Origin: Anaeromyxobacteraceae bacterium
Lineage (GTDB): Bacteria; Myxococcota; Myxococcia; Myxococcales; Anaeromyxobacteraceae
Length of the DNA: 64,000 nt
Direction of reading: 5' to 3'
Assembly: GCA_047602405.1 (NCBI GenBank)
Contig: JASGHJ010000001.1
Span: 1,120,001-1,184,000 of the forward strand
Shown one piece after another: positions 51,851 through 61,476 of the stretch. Both the position numbers and the translations under genes were made by a program. Every line of letters begins with the position of its first letter. Positions within the stretch are counted from its first letter, which is position 1. The notes beneath the pieces were generated by a model. It was not told where the DNA came from and did no database searches. It was given only the letters and a program-made list of their open reading frames with translations.

Positions 51851-51930
51851 AAAGGGCGTGCCGGACACGAAGCCGTCTCCCAGGACAGGATGAGGCAGGG
51901 CGGGCCGGCGCTCGCCCGAGGGAGACGCGC

Positions 51931-53340
51931 GTGCACGGAACCGGACCGGAGGAACTTCGAGCCCTGCTGGCCCGCGCGGCCGAGCTCGCCGGCGGCTGGC
52001 TGGGCTCCCTCGATCAGCGCGGCGTCGGATCGACCGCGCCGCTCCAGGTGCTGCGCGAGGCGCTCGGCGGAGCGCTGCCGGAGGGCCCGGCCGAGCCGCG
52101 CGAGGTGCTCGAGCGGCTCGCGGCCGCGGCGGAGCCGGGGCTCGTGGCGTCGCCGGGCGGGCGCTTCTTCGGGTTCGTGGTCGGCGCGAGCCTGCCCGCC
52201 GCGGTCGCGGCCGACTGGCTGACCACCGCGTGGGATCAGAACGCGGGCCTCGCCGTGCTCGCGCCGGCTGCGAGCGTGGTCGAGGAGGTCGCGCACCGCT
52301 GGCTCGCGGAGCTGCTCGGGCTGCCGGCCGGGACCTCCTTCGCCGCCACCACCGGCTGCCAGATGGCGCACTTCACCTGCCTCGCGGCGGCGCGGCACGA
52401 GCTCCTCCGGCGCGCGGGCTGGGACGTGAACCGCGACGGCCTAGAGGGCGCGCCCCGGCTGCGCGTCGTCGCCGGGGAGCGGCGCCACGTGACCATCGAC
52501 CGGGCGCTGCGGTTCCTGGGGCTCGGGCAGGCCGCGCTCCGCGCCGTGCCGTGCGACGGGCAGGGGCGCATGGTCCCCGCCGCGCTCGCGGCCGCGCTCG
52601 GCGCGGAGGAGCGCGTCGCCACCATCGTCTGTGCGCAGGCCGGCGAGGTGAACACCGGCGCCTTCGACGACCTCGACGCCGTCGCCCGGCTCTCGGCCGC
52701 GGCCGGCGCCTGGCTCCACGTCGACGGCGCCTTCGGCCTCTGGGCGGCCGCGAGCCCGGCGCGCCGCGGGCTCCTCGCGGGCGTCGAGCGCGCCGACTCC
52801 TGGGCCACCGACGCGCACAAGTGGCTGAACGTGCCCTACGACTGCGGCCTCGCGTTCACCGCCCACCCCGCCGCGCACCGCGCCGCGATGGGCGTGACCG
52901 CCGCCTACCTCGAGCCCACCTCGCCCGACGCCGGCCGCGACCCCGTGGACTGGACGCCCGAGTTCTCGCGCCGCGCCCGCGGCTTCACGCTCTGGGCGGC
53001 CCTGCGCGCGCTCGGCCGGCGCGGCGTCGCCGGCCTCGTCGACCGCTGCTGCGCGCACGCCGAGCGCTTCGCCGCCGCGCTCGCGGCCGAGCCCGGCTGC
53101 GCGATCCTGAACGACGTCGTGCTCGACCAGGTGCTGGTCCGCTTCGGCGACGACGACGCGGCGACGCGCGAGGTGGTCCGCCGCGTCCAGGCGAGCGGCG
53201 AGGCCTGGATGTCCGGCACCACGGTCGACGGCGAGGCCGCGATGCGGATCTCGGTCGTGAGCTGGCGCACCACCGAGGCCGACGTCGACCGCGCCGTGGA
53301 GGCGATCCGGGCCGCCTGGCGGGCGGTGCGGACGAGGTGA
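51931..53340 (+). CDS. PLP-dependent group II decarboxylase
   Basis: WLHVDGAFG, ADSWATDAHKWLNVPYDCG. Confidence 0.92.
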   Translation: MHGTGPEELRALLARAAELAGGWLGSLDQRGVGSTAPLQVLREALGGALPEGPAEPREVLERLAAAAEPGLVASPGGRFFGFVVGASLPAAVAADWLTTAWDQNAGLAVLAPAASVVEEVAHRWLAELLGLPAGTSFAATTGCQMAHFTCLAAARHELLRRAGWDVNRDGLEGAPRLRVVAGERRHVTIDRALRFLGLGQAALRAVPCDGQGRMVPAALAAALGAEERVATIVCAQAGEVNTGAFDDLDAVARLSAAAGAWLHVDGAFGLWAAASPARRGLLAGVERADSWATDAHKWLNVPYDCGLAFTAHPAAHRAAMGVTAAYLEPTSPDAGRDPVDWTPEFSRRARGFTLWAALRALGRRGVAGLVDRCCAHAERFAAALAAEPGCAILNDVVLDQVLVRFGDDDAATREVVRRVQASGEAWMSGTTVDGEAAMRISVVSWRTTEADVDRAVEAIRAAWRAVRTR

Positions 53341-53348
53341 GGCCGTCG

Positions 53349-54152
53349 ATGAGCCCGCGCCGCGTCGAGGTCCAGGGAGCCTCCATCGCCGTCGAGGTCG
53401 CCGGGAGCGGCGATCCGGTCCTGCTCCTGCACGGCTTCCCGGCCACGGGCAGGCTCTGGTCCGGCGTCACCCCGGCGCTGGCCGCTGCGGGCTTCACGGC
53501 CGTCGTGCCCGACCTCGTCGGCTACGGCGCCTCGAGCGCGCCCGAGGGCCTCCGCATCGACATGGCGAGCCAGGCGACGTGGCTGCTCGGCCTCCTCGAC
53601 GCGCTCGGTTTCGACCGCGCCGCCGTCGTCGCGCACGACGTGGGGACCGCCGCCGCGCAGCTGCTCGTGACCCGGGCCGCTCCGCGCGTGCGCGGCCTCG
53701 TGCTGATGGACGGCGTCCTCGGCGCGAACTGGGCGATGGAGGCGATCACCGGCATCCAGGCGTGGGATCCCGCGGACGCGCACCGGCTCCCGCCCGTCCT
53801 GCTCAGGCGGCTCGGCAAGACCGCGGTCATGCGGGAGGTGCTCTCGGCCTACCGGGGCGCGGAGGGCGGGCTCCAGCTCATCCGCGCCGCGCGCGACCTC
53901 GAGCCGGCCCAGACCGCGGACCTCCACGACGTGCTGCGCTCCTGCGGCGTCCCCGCGCTGGTGCTCTGGGGCGAGCGCGACGCGTACTTCCCGGTCGAGC
54001 GCGTGGCCCGCCCGCTCGCGCAGCTCCTGTCCGCGCCGCTGCGGCTCGTCCCGGGAGCGCACTTCAGCCCGGCCGACTGCCCGGCCGAGGTGGCGGCGGC
54101 CCTCGTCGAGTTCCTGCGCGGCCTCCCGCGCGAGCCGGGCCAGGCGCCCTGA
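53349..54152 (+). CDS. Alpha/beta hydrolase (epoxide hydrolase/dehalogenase-like)
   Basis: LLHGFP, PDLVGYG, AHDVG, WGERD, GAHF. Confidence 0.88.
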   Translation: MSPRRVEVQGASIAVEVAGSGDPVLLLHGFPATGRLWSGVTPALAAAGFTAVVPDLVGYGASSAPEGLRIDMASQATWLLGLLDALGFDRAAVVAHDVGTAAAQLLVTRAAPRVRGLVLMDGVLGANWAMEAITGIQAWDPADAHRLPPVLLRRLGKTAVMREVLSAYRGAEGGLQLIRAARDLEPAQTADLHDVLRSCGVPALVLWGERDAYFPVERVARPLAQLLSAPLRLVPGAHFSPADCPAEVAAALVEFLRGLPREPGQAP

Positions 54153-54170
54153 GCGGGCGGCGCTTCCTGC

Positions 54171-54860
54171 TCAGGGGTGCGCGCCGAAGGCCGCGAGGAA
54201 GCGCCCGCCCTCGTCGACGGTGGTGAGCCCGCAGCCCGAGTTCACGTCCACGGTCGTGCCCGGCCCGCCGATGGTGCAGGCCTGGGAGAGCGCCGTGCAC
54301 TTCGCGTCCGCGACGCACATGCAGTCGCCGGCGTCGGTGGACGCGGGCACGGCGTGCCCGAGCCCCAGCGCGCCGACGACCTGCCGGGCGGCGTCGTGTC
54401 CGGTGGCGGCGTCGAAGACGAGGCCGACGTGGTGCGGTCTCGCGCCGGAGCAGTCGACCGGCGCCGCGCCGAGCACCCCCGCGGGCAGCCCGGCCTGGGT
54501 GGAGGCCCCGCCGAGGACCACGAGGTCGAAGCCGCCGCTCGCGGGGCGGGCCGTGGTGACGAGCACGTCGTACGGGGCGAGGACCGCCTTCACCTCGTCC
54601 ACGATCGCCTGGAGCTTCGCGGCCCGGGCGGCGTCCCCCGCGCGGTAGGCCGGCAGGGTCGTGGTGCCGGACACGAGCTGGGAGGTGCCGGTCGAGGGAT
54701 CGTCCAGCCCCGGCGTCAGGACCTGCCCCTCCGCCTGGAGGAACAGCACGTGCGCGCCCGAGGCCGACTTCGGGCCGGAGCCCGACGAGGAGCCTCCGCA
54801 GGCGGCGAGGGCTCCGCCGAGGCTGGCCAAGGCGAGGAGCAGGCAGGCGAGGGGTCTCAT
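54171..54860 (-). CDS. Cys-containing lipoprotein
   Basis: Lipobox LAAC, AGGAG-like spacing not clear, host-like codons. Confidence 0.75.
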   Translation of the reverse strand: MRPLACLLLALASLGGALAACGGSSSGSGPKSASGAHVLFLQAEGQVLTPGLDDPSTGTSQLVSGTTTLPAYRAGDAARAAKLQAIVDEVKAVLAPYDVLVTTARPASGGFDLVVLGGASTQAGLPAGVLGAAPVDCSGARPHHVGLVFDAATGHDAARQVVGALGLGHAVPASTDAGDCMCVADAKCTALSQACTIGGPGTTVDVNSGCGLTTVDEGGRFLAAFGAHP

Positions 54861-54985
54861 GCGAGACCTCGTCTAAGGAGGACCCGCGGTCGCGTCCAAT
54901 CCCCTGCGTGGGCCCGCGGGGCGGGCCGGCGTCGAGCGACCCGACTGGAAACCCCGCGCCCCGCCGGGATAGCCTCCCCGGCCTC

Positions 54986-56362
54986 ATGGCCCCGACCCCG
55001 GAACAGGCCGCCCGTCACGCGCGCCTCGCCGCCGCCGACCACCGGCACCTCTGGCACCCCTTCACGCAGATGCAGGGGTGGCTCGAGGAGGATCCGCTCA
55101 TCGTCGACTCGGCGGAGGGCATGGTCCTCACCGACACGCTCGGCCGCCGCTACCTCGACGGCGTCTCCTCGCTCTGGTGCAACCTGCACGGCCACCGCGT
55201 GCCGGAGCTCGACGCGGCGGTTCGGGCGCAGCTCGACCGCATCGCCCACTCGACCTTGCTGGGCCAGGCCTCCACCGCCTCGATCGAGTGCGCCGAGGAG
55301 CTCGCCCGGCACCTGCCCGCGGAGCTCACGCGCATCTTCTACTCGGACGCCGGCGCGACCGCGGTCGAGATCGCGCTCAAGATCGCCTTCCAGCACCACC
55401 AGCTCCGCGGCGACCGCGCACGCACCGAGTTCATCGCGCTCCGCGGCGGCTACCACGGCGACACCGTCGGCGCGGTCTCGCTCGGCGGCGTGGACCTCTT
55501 CCACGAGATCTTCGGGCCGCTGCTCTTCCAGGTGAACCGCGCGCCGCAGCCGTACTGCTACCGGTGCCCGCTCGGGAAGTCGCCCGAGTCCTGCGGGATG
55601 GCCTGCGCCGACGAGGTCGAGAAGCTCTTCCGGGCGAGGCCGGGCAAGATCGCCGCGCTCGTCATCGAGCCCGTCATGCAGGGCGCCGACGGCATGATCG
55701 CCCAGCCGCCCGGCTACGTGCGGCGCATGCGGGAGCTCTGCGACCGCCACGGCGCGCTCCTCGTCTGCGACGAGGTGGCGACCGGCTTCGGCCGCACCGG
55801 GAAGACCTGGGCCGTCGAGCACGAGGGCGTGGTGCCGGACCTCCTCACGACCGCGAAGGGGCTCACCGGCGGCTACCTCCCGCTCGCCGTCACCGCCACG
55901 ACCGAGCACGTCTTCGAGTCGTTCCTCGGCCCGTTCGAGTCGAAGCGGACCTTCTTCCACGGCCACACCTACTGCGGGAACCCGCTCGCCTGCGCCGCGG
56001 CGACCGCCTCGATGAAGCTCTTCTCGGCGCGGGTGCTCCCGGCCCTGCCGCGCCGGGTGAAGGTGCTCGAGGAGGCGCTCCGGCCGGCGCTCGAGCTCCC
56101 GAACGTCGGGGAGCTCCGCCAGCGCGGGCTCATGGTCGGCATCGAGCTCGTGAAGGACCGGCGCACGAGGGAGGAGTACCCGTACGCCCTCCGCGCCGGG
56201 CACCAGGTCTGCCTCGCGGCGCGGCCGCTCGGCGCGCTGCTCCGCCCGCTCGGCAACGTGGTGGTCCTCATGCCGCCGCCCGCGATGGCCGACGATCAGC
56301 TCCGGGAGCTCGCCGGGATCGCGATCGAGGCCATCCGGCGCACGGCCCCGGGGCTCGCCTGA
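54986..56362 (+). CDS. bioA: Adenosylmethionine-8-amino-7-oxononanoate aminotransferase
   Basis: LWHPFTQM, SSLWCNLHGH, YHGDT, DEVATGFGRTG, AKGLTGGYLPL, LRPLGN. Confidence 0.95.
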   Translation: MAPTPEQAARHARLAAADHRHLWHPFTQMQGWLEEDPLIVDSAEGMVLTDTLGRRYLDGVSSLWCNLHGHRVPELDAAVRAQLDRIAHSTLLGQASTASIECAEELARHLPAELTRIFYSDAGATAVEIALKIAFQHHQLRGDRARTEFIALRGGYHGDTVGAVSLGGVDLFHEIFGPLLFQVNRAPQPYCYRCPLGKSPESCGMACADEVEKLFRARPGKIAALVIEPVMQGADGMIAQPPGYVRRMRELCDRHGALLVCDEVATGFGRTGKTWAVEHEGVVPDLLTTAKGLTGGYLPLAVTATTEHVFESFLGPFESKRTFFHGHTYCGNPLACAAATASMKLFSARVLPALPRRVKVLEEALRPALELPNVGELRQRGLMVGIELVKDRRTREEYPYALRAGHQVCLAARPLGALLRPLGNVVVLMPPPAMADDQLRELAGIAIEAIRRTAPGLA

Positions 56363-56364
56363 GC

Positions 56365-57036
56365 ATGCGCGGCCTCTTCGTCACCGGGACCGACACCGGC
56401 GTCGGGAAGACCGAGGTCTCCTGCGCGCTCCTCGAGGCCGCGCGGGCGACCGGGGTGGACGCCGTCGGGATGAAGCCGGCGCAGTCGGGCGTCACCTCCG
56501 ACGAGCCCTCCGACGCGCAGCGGCTCCGCGAGGCCTCCGGGCGGTGCGAGCCGCTCGAGGCGCTCTGCCCGTACACCTTCGAGGCGCCGCTCGCGCCCGC
56601 GGTGGCAGCGCGGCTCGCCGGCGTCACGATCGCGGTCGAGCGGATCGAGGAGGCCGCGCGGGCGCTCGCGGCCCGGCACGCGACGGTGCTCGTGGAGGGC
56701 GCGGGCGGCCTGCTCGTGCCGCTCACGGACGAGCTCACCTACGCCGACCTCGCCGCGCGCCTCGGGCTGCCGGTGCTCGTCGTGGCCCGCGCGGGGCTCG
56801 GCACCGTGAACCACACCGCGCTCACGGTGGAGGCGATCCTCCGCAGGGGGCTGCGCCTGGCGGGGATCGTGCTCAACCGGACCACGCCCACCGACGATCC
56901 CTCGGTGCCCCACAACGCGAGCGAGATCGCCCGCATCACCACGCGTGAACCCATCGCGATCCTGCCGTACGAGGCCGATATCGAGGCCCGCGGGCGCGCC
57001 CTGCGATCCATCCTCCGCGGAAAGATCCAGTTCTAG
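56365..57036 (+). CDS. bioD: Dethiobiotin synthase
   Basis: FVTGTDTGVGKT, KPAQSG, VEGAGG, LGTVNHT. Confidence 0.95.
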   Translation: MRGLFVTGTDTGVGKTEVSCALLEAARATGVDAVGMKPAQSGVTSDEPSDAQRLREASGRCEPLEALCPYTFEAPLAPAVAARLAGVTIAVERIEEAARALAARHATVLVEGAGGLLVPLTDELTYADLAARLGLPVLVVARAGLGTVNHTALTVEAILRRGLRLAGIVLNRTTPTDDPSVPHNASEIARITTREPIAILPYEADIEARGRALRSILRGKIQF

Positions 57037-57092
57037 GCGGGCGCGGCGAAAAATGGATCGAGCCCGCGATCGATCGTAACGATCGCGCGTCG

Positions 57093-57368
57093 ATGCCGAC
57101 CGTCGTTGACCTCACCCTCGTGTCCAAGGCGCGCCGCGTCCTCCACAAGACCCTGGAGGAGCGCGGGCTCGGGTTCTTCCTCAAGCCCGAGTCCCGCCGC
57201 ACGCCGCGCCTCGATCCCCGCCGCATCGCCTGGATCGTCGAGCTCGCCCGCCGCCAGGTCGGCCCGCGCGCCCGCAGGGATCCCGACGCGCTCGCCCGCA
57301 CCCGCCGCGTGCTCCGCCGGGAGTTGATCCGGCGGCTCGCCGAGGCGATGCTCCAGGCCGGGCTCTGA
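57093..57368 (+). CDS. Small Arg-rich hypothetical protein
   Basis: 91-aa ORF with host-like codons. Confidence 0.7.
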   Translation: MPTVVDLTLVSKARRVLHKTLEERGLGFFLKPESRRTPRLDPRRIAWIVELARRQVGPRARRDPDALARTRRVLRRELIRRLAEAMLQAGL

Positions 57369-57388
57369 ACCGCCCTCCGGAGGTTTCC

Positions 57389-57991
57389 GTGCAGAGGCTC
57401 CTCGCGCTCTCGGCGCTCGTCGCCGCCCTCGCCGCCCCCGCCGCCGCGCGCGCCGAGCCCGTGGTCGGGCTCCGGCTCGGCTGGGCGGTGCCCGCCGGCC
57501 AGTCCTCGAAGGGCTCCGATCTCTCCGCCGTCACCTCCGGCGCCGCCTTCGCCGAGGTGGACGCCGGCTGGCGCGTGTGGCGCGCCCTGACGATCGGCGC
57601 CTACGCGAGCTACGGCGTCGCGCGGATCGACACCTACCTCGACAACGAGTACGAGAAGCGCGGCGAGTCCACCCGCGGTGACGTCACGCACGTCGGCGTG
57701 CGCGCGCAGTGGGACTTCCGCGACCTCGCGCAGGGCCTCGAGCCGTGGATAGCGCTCGGCGCCGGCTGGGAGCGCGCCGGCTTCGACGTGGGCGGAGCCT
57801 ACGCGTACACCGGCTGGGAGCTCGTCCGGCTCGAGGCCGGCGCGAGCTGGCGGGCGTGGCGCGGACTCGCCGTCGGCCCGTACGTGACCTGGAGCCTCGG
57901 CCGCTACGCCCGGCTCAACGGTGGGTCGCTGCCCGGGCAGGCCGGCCACGCCTGGGCCGCCTTCGGGCTGAGAAGCACCTGGGATTTCTAG
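57389..57991 (+). CDS. Outer-membrane beta-barrel protein
   Basis: GGAGG RBS, signal peptide, aromatic-rich strands, C-terminal WDF. Confidence 0.75.
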   Translation: MQRLLALSALVAALAAPAAARAEPVVGLRLGWAVPAGQSSKGSDLSAVTSGAAFAEVDAGWRVWRALTIGAYASYGVARIDTYLDNEYEKRGESTRGDVTHVGVRAQWDFRDLAQGLEPWIALGAGWERAGFDVGGAYAYTGWELVRLEAGASWRAWRGLAVGPYVTWSLGRYARLNGGSLPGQAGHAWAAFGLRSTWDF

Positions 57992-58057
57992 GTCCCACAC
58001 CTCCCACATGCGCGAGGGCGCGCACTCCCGACCGGGTACGGAGTAATCTGCCGGCGC

Positions 58058-58495
58058 TTGAGCTCCCGGGCCGCCCTCCTCCTCGCTGCACTCGTCGGCG
58101 CCGTCGCGTGCCACGACGCGCCCGGGCCGGCCGGCTTCTGGGCCCGGTACCACCCCGAGCTCCTCGAGCGCCACGAGCTCGCCCAGGACGCGCGCGGGGG
58201 CCAGCGCACGCTCTACTGGCAGGCCCGCGACGACTTCCGCTTCTCGGTCGCCGACGTGATGGCGTTCGCGGCGTGGAACGACTGGACGCCCGCGGACGGC
58301 CCGCCGCCCGGCGCGACGCACCTGTCGGCGCCCGCGACCGTGCTCCGCTTCCGGGTCCGCGCGCCCGGGAAGGGCGACGCGGCGCCCGCGTTCGCCGAGA
58401 TCGCGAACGACGGCACCGCGCTCGTGATCACGCACGCGTGGGGGACGGCGGCTCCGTCGGCCGCCTCGAAGACCACCGCGGCGGCCGCGCCCTAG
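58058..58495 (+). CDS. Hypothetical lipoprotein
   Basis: Lipobox AVAC. Confidence 0.6.
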   Translation: MSSRAALLLAALVGAVACHDAPGPAGFWARYHPELLERHELAQDARGGQRTLYWQARDDFRFSVADVMAFAAWNDWTPADGPPPGATHLSAPATVLRFRVRAPGKGDAAPAFAEIANDGTALVITHAWGTAAPSAASKTTAAAAP

Positions 58496-58821
58496 CTGCG
58501 CCGCTCGACCGACCGCCGCCAGAGGAGGAAGCCGCCGCCCACCACGGCCGGCGGCAGGAACCCCGCGAGGAACGAGCCGGGCCCGCTCGCGAAGAACGCG
58601 GTCGCGACCGAAGGCAGCGCGGCGGAGGCGAGGAACCCGGCCGCCGCCGCGAGCACGACGCCGAGGAGCCGCGAGGGCCAGCGCAGCCGGAGGGCGGTCG
58701 CGAGGGCGAGCGCCACGGCGAGGCCCGCCGCGTTGCCGATGGGGACGAGGAAGAGCGCGTGCCCGTGCGCCCAGGGGTCCGCCGCGGCGGCCTGCGCGGC
58801 CGCGGCCGCGACCGGCGGCAC
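58492..58821 (-). CDS. Small membrane protein
   Basis: Three hydrophobic segments, abuts upstream gene. Confidence 0.6.
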   Translation of the reverse strand: MPPVAAAAAQAAAADPWAHGHALFLVPIGNAAGLAVALALATALRLRWPSRLLGVVLAAAAGFLASAALPSVATAFFASGPGSFLAGFLPPAVVGGGFLLWRRSVERRS

Positions 58822-59100
58822 CTACGCGCCCTTCCCGCTCTGCCTGGCGACGTAGCGCAGCTTGAGGTCGGTGAGGAGGCTCTCCATGAACTTCGCCTCC
58901 TCCTCGGTCAGGTTGCCCCGCGTCTTCTCCTTCAGCATCGCGAGGATGTCGATCGTCTGCTTCGCGAGCGGGAGGTCCGGCTCGGCGGGCGCGCCGGTCT
59001 CCGGGTGGGGCGCGTCGCCGAGGTGGATGAACGCGCTCGACGCGAGCGAGAGGACGAACGTGTAGAAGTCGATCTGCCCCGGGTCCTTCGTGTCGGTCAC
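58822..59100 (-). CDS. DUF1844 family protein
   Basis: FVLSLASSAFIHLG, AKQTIDILAMLKEKTRGNL, LKLRYV. Confidence 0.88.
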   Translation of the reverse strand: MTDTKDPGQIDFYTFVLSLASSAFIHLGDAPHPETGAPAEPDLPLAKQTIDILAMLKEKTRGNLTEEEAKFMESLLTDLKLRYVARQSGKGA

Positions 59101-59145
59101 GGCTCCAACCTCCTGACGGAACCTGCCACCTGCGCGGCCGCCGCG

Positions 59146-60510
59146 CTACTCGAAGTCGAAGGCGATGCGCTCGGCGGCGTACCCGCGCCGGAAGAGCAGC
59201 ACGAGCTGGCCGGTGCGGCGCGCCGCCAGGGCGGCCTTGTTGAAGTCGGCCACGGTCGCGATCTCGCGCGAGTTCACCTCGAGCACGAGGTCGCCCGCCA
59301 TGATCCCGGCGCCCGCCGCGGCGGAGCGCGGGGCGACCTTCTGCACGACCACCACCGTGCCGCCCTGCACCCGCTCCTGGCCGAGCGTGAGCCCCGTGCG
59401 CCGGAGCACGAGCCCGGCGACCTGGCCGGCGCCGAGCTCCACCGCCTTCACGAGCACGGTGCGCTTCTGGCCGTTCGTGGAGAGCTCCACCTTCGCGGTG
59501 CCGCCGACCGGGAGATCGCGCACGCGGAACCGGAACTCCTCGGCGCTCTCGGGCGAGAAGCCCTGCACCGCCTCGACCCGCTCGCCCTTCCGGATCCCGG
59601 CCTGCGCCGCCGGCGAGCCCGGGTCCACCGAGGTCACCGCGACGCCGCCGCGGGCGCCCTCGGCGCTGCCGGGGGGCGCGGGCAGGTCGTCGACCTGGAT
59701 GCCGAGGTAGCCCTCGCGGACCTCGCCGTGCGCGATCAGGTCCTCCGCCACGCGGCGGGCGCGGTCGATGGGGATCGCGAAGCCGATGCCGGCGCTCCGC
59801 TCGCCCAGGATCGCCGTGTTGATGCCGATGAGCCGGCCCTCGATGTCGAGGAGCGGGCCGCCCGAGTTGCCGGGGTTGATGGAGGCGTCGGTCTGCAGGA
59901 AGTCGAAGAGCTGGCGGTCGCCGCTGCGGAAGGAGCGGTTCACCGCCGAGAGCACGCCGGTGGTGACGGTGTTGGCGAGGCCGAAGGGGTTGCCGATCGC
60001 GATGACGGTCTCCCCGATGAGGAGCTCGTCGGAGCGGCCGGTGGTGACGAACGGCACGCGCTCCTTCGTCTCGAGCTTCAGCACCGCCAGGTCGGAGGAC
60101 GGATCCGCGCCGACGACCTTCGCGAGGAGCTCGCGCCCGTCGACCAGCTGCACGCGGAAGCGCGCGCCGCGCTCGACCACGTGGTTGTTCGTGAGGACGT
60201 AGCCGTCGGGCGAGACGATCACGCCCGAGCCGAGCGAGGTGACCTGGTAGCCGCGGCGGTAGCGCGGCCGCTCGAAGAGGTCGGAGAAGAGGTCGCCCGA
60301 CGAGCCGCGCGACGGCACGCGGATGCGCACGAGCTCCTCGGCGGAGACGTTGACGACCGCCGGGCGCACGCGCTCGACGGCCGCGACGACCGGGGTCCGG
60401 CGGGCCTGGGCGGGGGTCGACTCGGCGCGGGGCAGCGCCTGCGCGAGCGCGGAGGCGGGGAACAGCGCGAGCGCGGCGGCGATCGCCGCGCCGGTCGAGG
60501 AGCGCTTCAC
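59146..60510 (-). CDS. HtrA/DegP-like serine protease with two PDZ domains
   Basis: GSGVI, TNNHV, DLAVL, QTDASINPGNSGGPL; signal peptide from GTG at 60510. Confidence 0.92.
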   Translation of the reverse strand: MKRSSTGAAIAAALALFPASALAQALPRAESTPAQARRTPVVAAVERVRPAVVNVSAEELVRIRVPSRGSSGDLFSDLFERPRYRRGYQVTSLGSGVIVSPDGYVLTNNHVVERGARFRVQLVDGRELLAKVVGADPSSDLAVLKLETKERVPFVTTGRSDELLIGETVIAIGNPFGLANTVTTGVLSAVNRSFRSGDRQLFDFLQTDASINPGNSGGPLLDIEGRLIGINTAILGERSAGIGFAIPIDRARRVAEDLIAHGEVREGYLGIQVDDLPAPPGSAEGARGGVAVTSVDPGSPAAQAGIRKGERVEAVQGFSPESAEEFRFRVRDLPVGGTAKVELSTNGQKRTVLVKAVELGAGQVAGLVLRRTGLTLGQERVQGGTVVVVQKVAPRSAAAGAGIMAGDLVLEVNSREIATVADFNKAALAARRTGQLVLLFRRGYAAERIAFDFE

Positions 60511-60720
60511 GACTGCGCGGTGTCCTCGTCCTCGAGCTCGTCGTCCTCGTCCTCGAAGTCGTCGTCGTTCTCCATCGTCGACTCGACGGCGATCGCGCGG
60601 TCCGCGAGAATCCTCCAGCGCCTTCTGGTGCTGGGTGAACTCCTTCTCGTCGAGGAGGCCCTTCCTGAGGTACCGGTGCGAGACGCGCTTGTCGAGGTGG
60701 CGGGGGTCGATCTCAGCCAT
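60507..60720 (-). CDS. Small protein with basic N-terminus and acidic tail, apparent 1-bp insertion at 60609-60610
   Basis: MAEIDPRHLDKRVSHRYLRKGLLDEKEF...ED(L)ADRAIAVESTMENDDDFEDEDDELEDEDTAQS; span is 3n+1. Confidence 0.7.
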
Positions 60721-60801
60721 GGATTTGACTCCGGATTTTCGGGAGGGGCGGACAATATGCAGCGCCTTGCGGGGGCGTCAAGCGCGTGTTACCCGGACCC
60801 C

Positions 60802-61476
60802 GTGCCCGGCACCGGCCACACGCCCCCGCGCGACCGCCTGGCCCGCCTCCGCGGGCTGTACGTCATCGTCGGCGGGCGGGGCCCCGACGCCACCGCCGGG
60901 CAGGCGAGGGCCGCCCTCGAGGGTGGCGCGACCGTGCTGCAGGTCCGGGTGAAGGACGCCCCGGCGGGCGAGGTGCTCCGCGCGGCGCGCGAGGTGGTGG
61001 ACCTCGCCCGTGGCCGCGCGCTCGTCATCGTCAACGATCGCGCGGATCTGGCGGTGCTCGCCGGCGCCGACGGCGTCCACGTGGGCGACGAGGACCTGCC
61101 CCCGGCGGAGGCGCGCCGGATCGTGGGGCCGGACCTCCTCGTGGGCCGCACGTGCCGCACCGAGGCCGACGCGCGGCGCGCGCTCGACGAGGGCGCCGAT
61201 CACGTGGGGTTCGGGCCCATGTACGTGGCGCGCGCGAAGGTGGTCGACGCCCCGCCGCGGGGGCTGCCCGCGCTGCGCGCGCTCGCGGCGGCCCTGCCCG
61301 CGCCGGTCGTCGCGATCGGCGGCATCGACCTCTCGAACGTCGGCGAGATCGCCGGGGCGGGTGCCGCCTGCGCAGCGGTCATCTCCGCCGTGCTGGACGA
61401 CCCCGACCCGCGCGCCGCCGCCGCGCGCCTCGCCGCGGCGTTCGACGCGGCCCGCCCTGGAGCCAAGGCGCCATGA
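60802..61476 (+). CDS. thiE: Thiamine-phosphate synthase
   Basis: LQVRVK, IVNDRADLA, GVHVGDED, VAIGGI. Confidence 0.92.
   Translation: MPGTGHTPPRDRLARLRGLYVIVGGRGPDATAGQARAALEGGATVLQVRVKDAPAGEVLRAAREVVDLARGRALVIVNDRADLAVLAGADGVHVGDEDLPPAEARRIVGPDLLVGRTCRTEADARRALDEGADHVGFGPMYVARAKVVDAPPRGLPALRALAAALPAPVVAIGGIDLSNVGEIAGAGAACAAVISAVLDDPDPRAAAARLAAAFDAARPGAKAP

Noticed and set aside
59146..60720. 524-aa HtrA with long N-terminal extension
   Set aside because: Explained by a one-base insertion fusing an upstream small gene; the signal peptide starts at 60510
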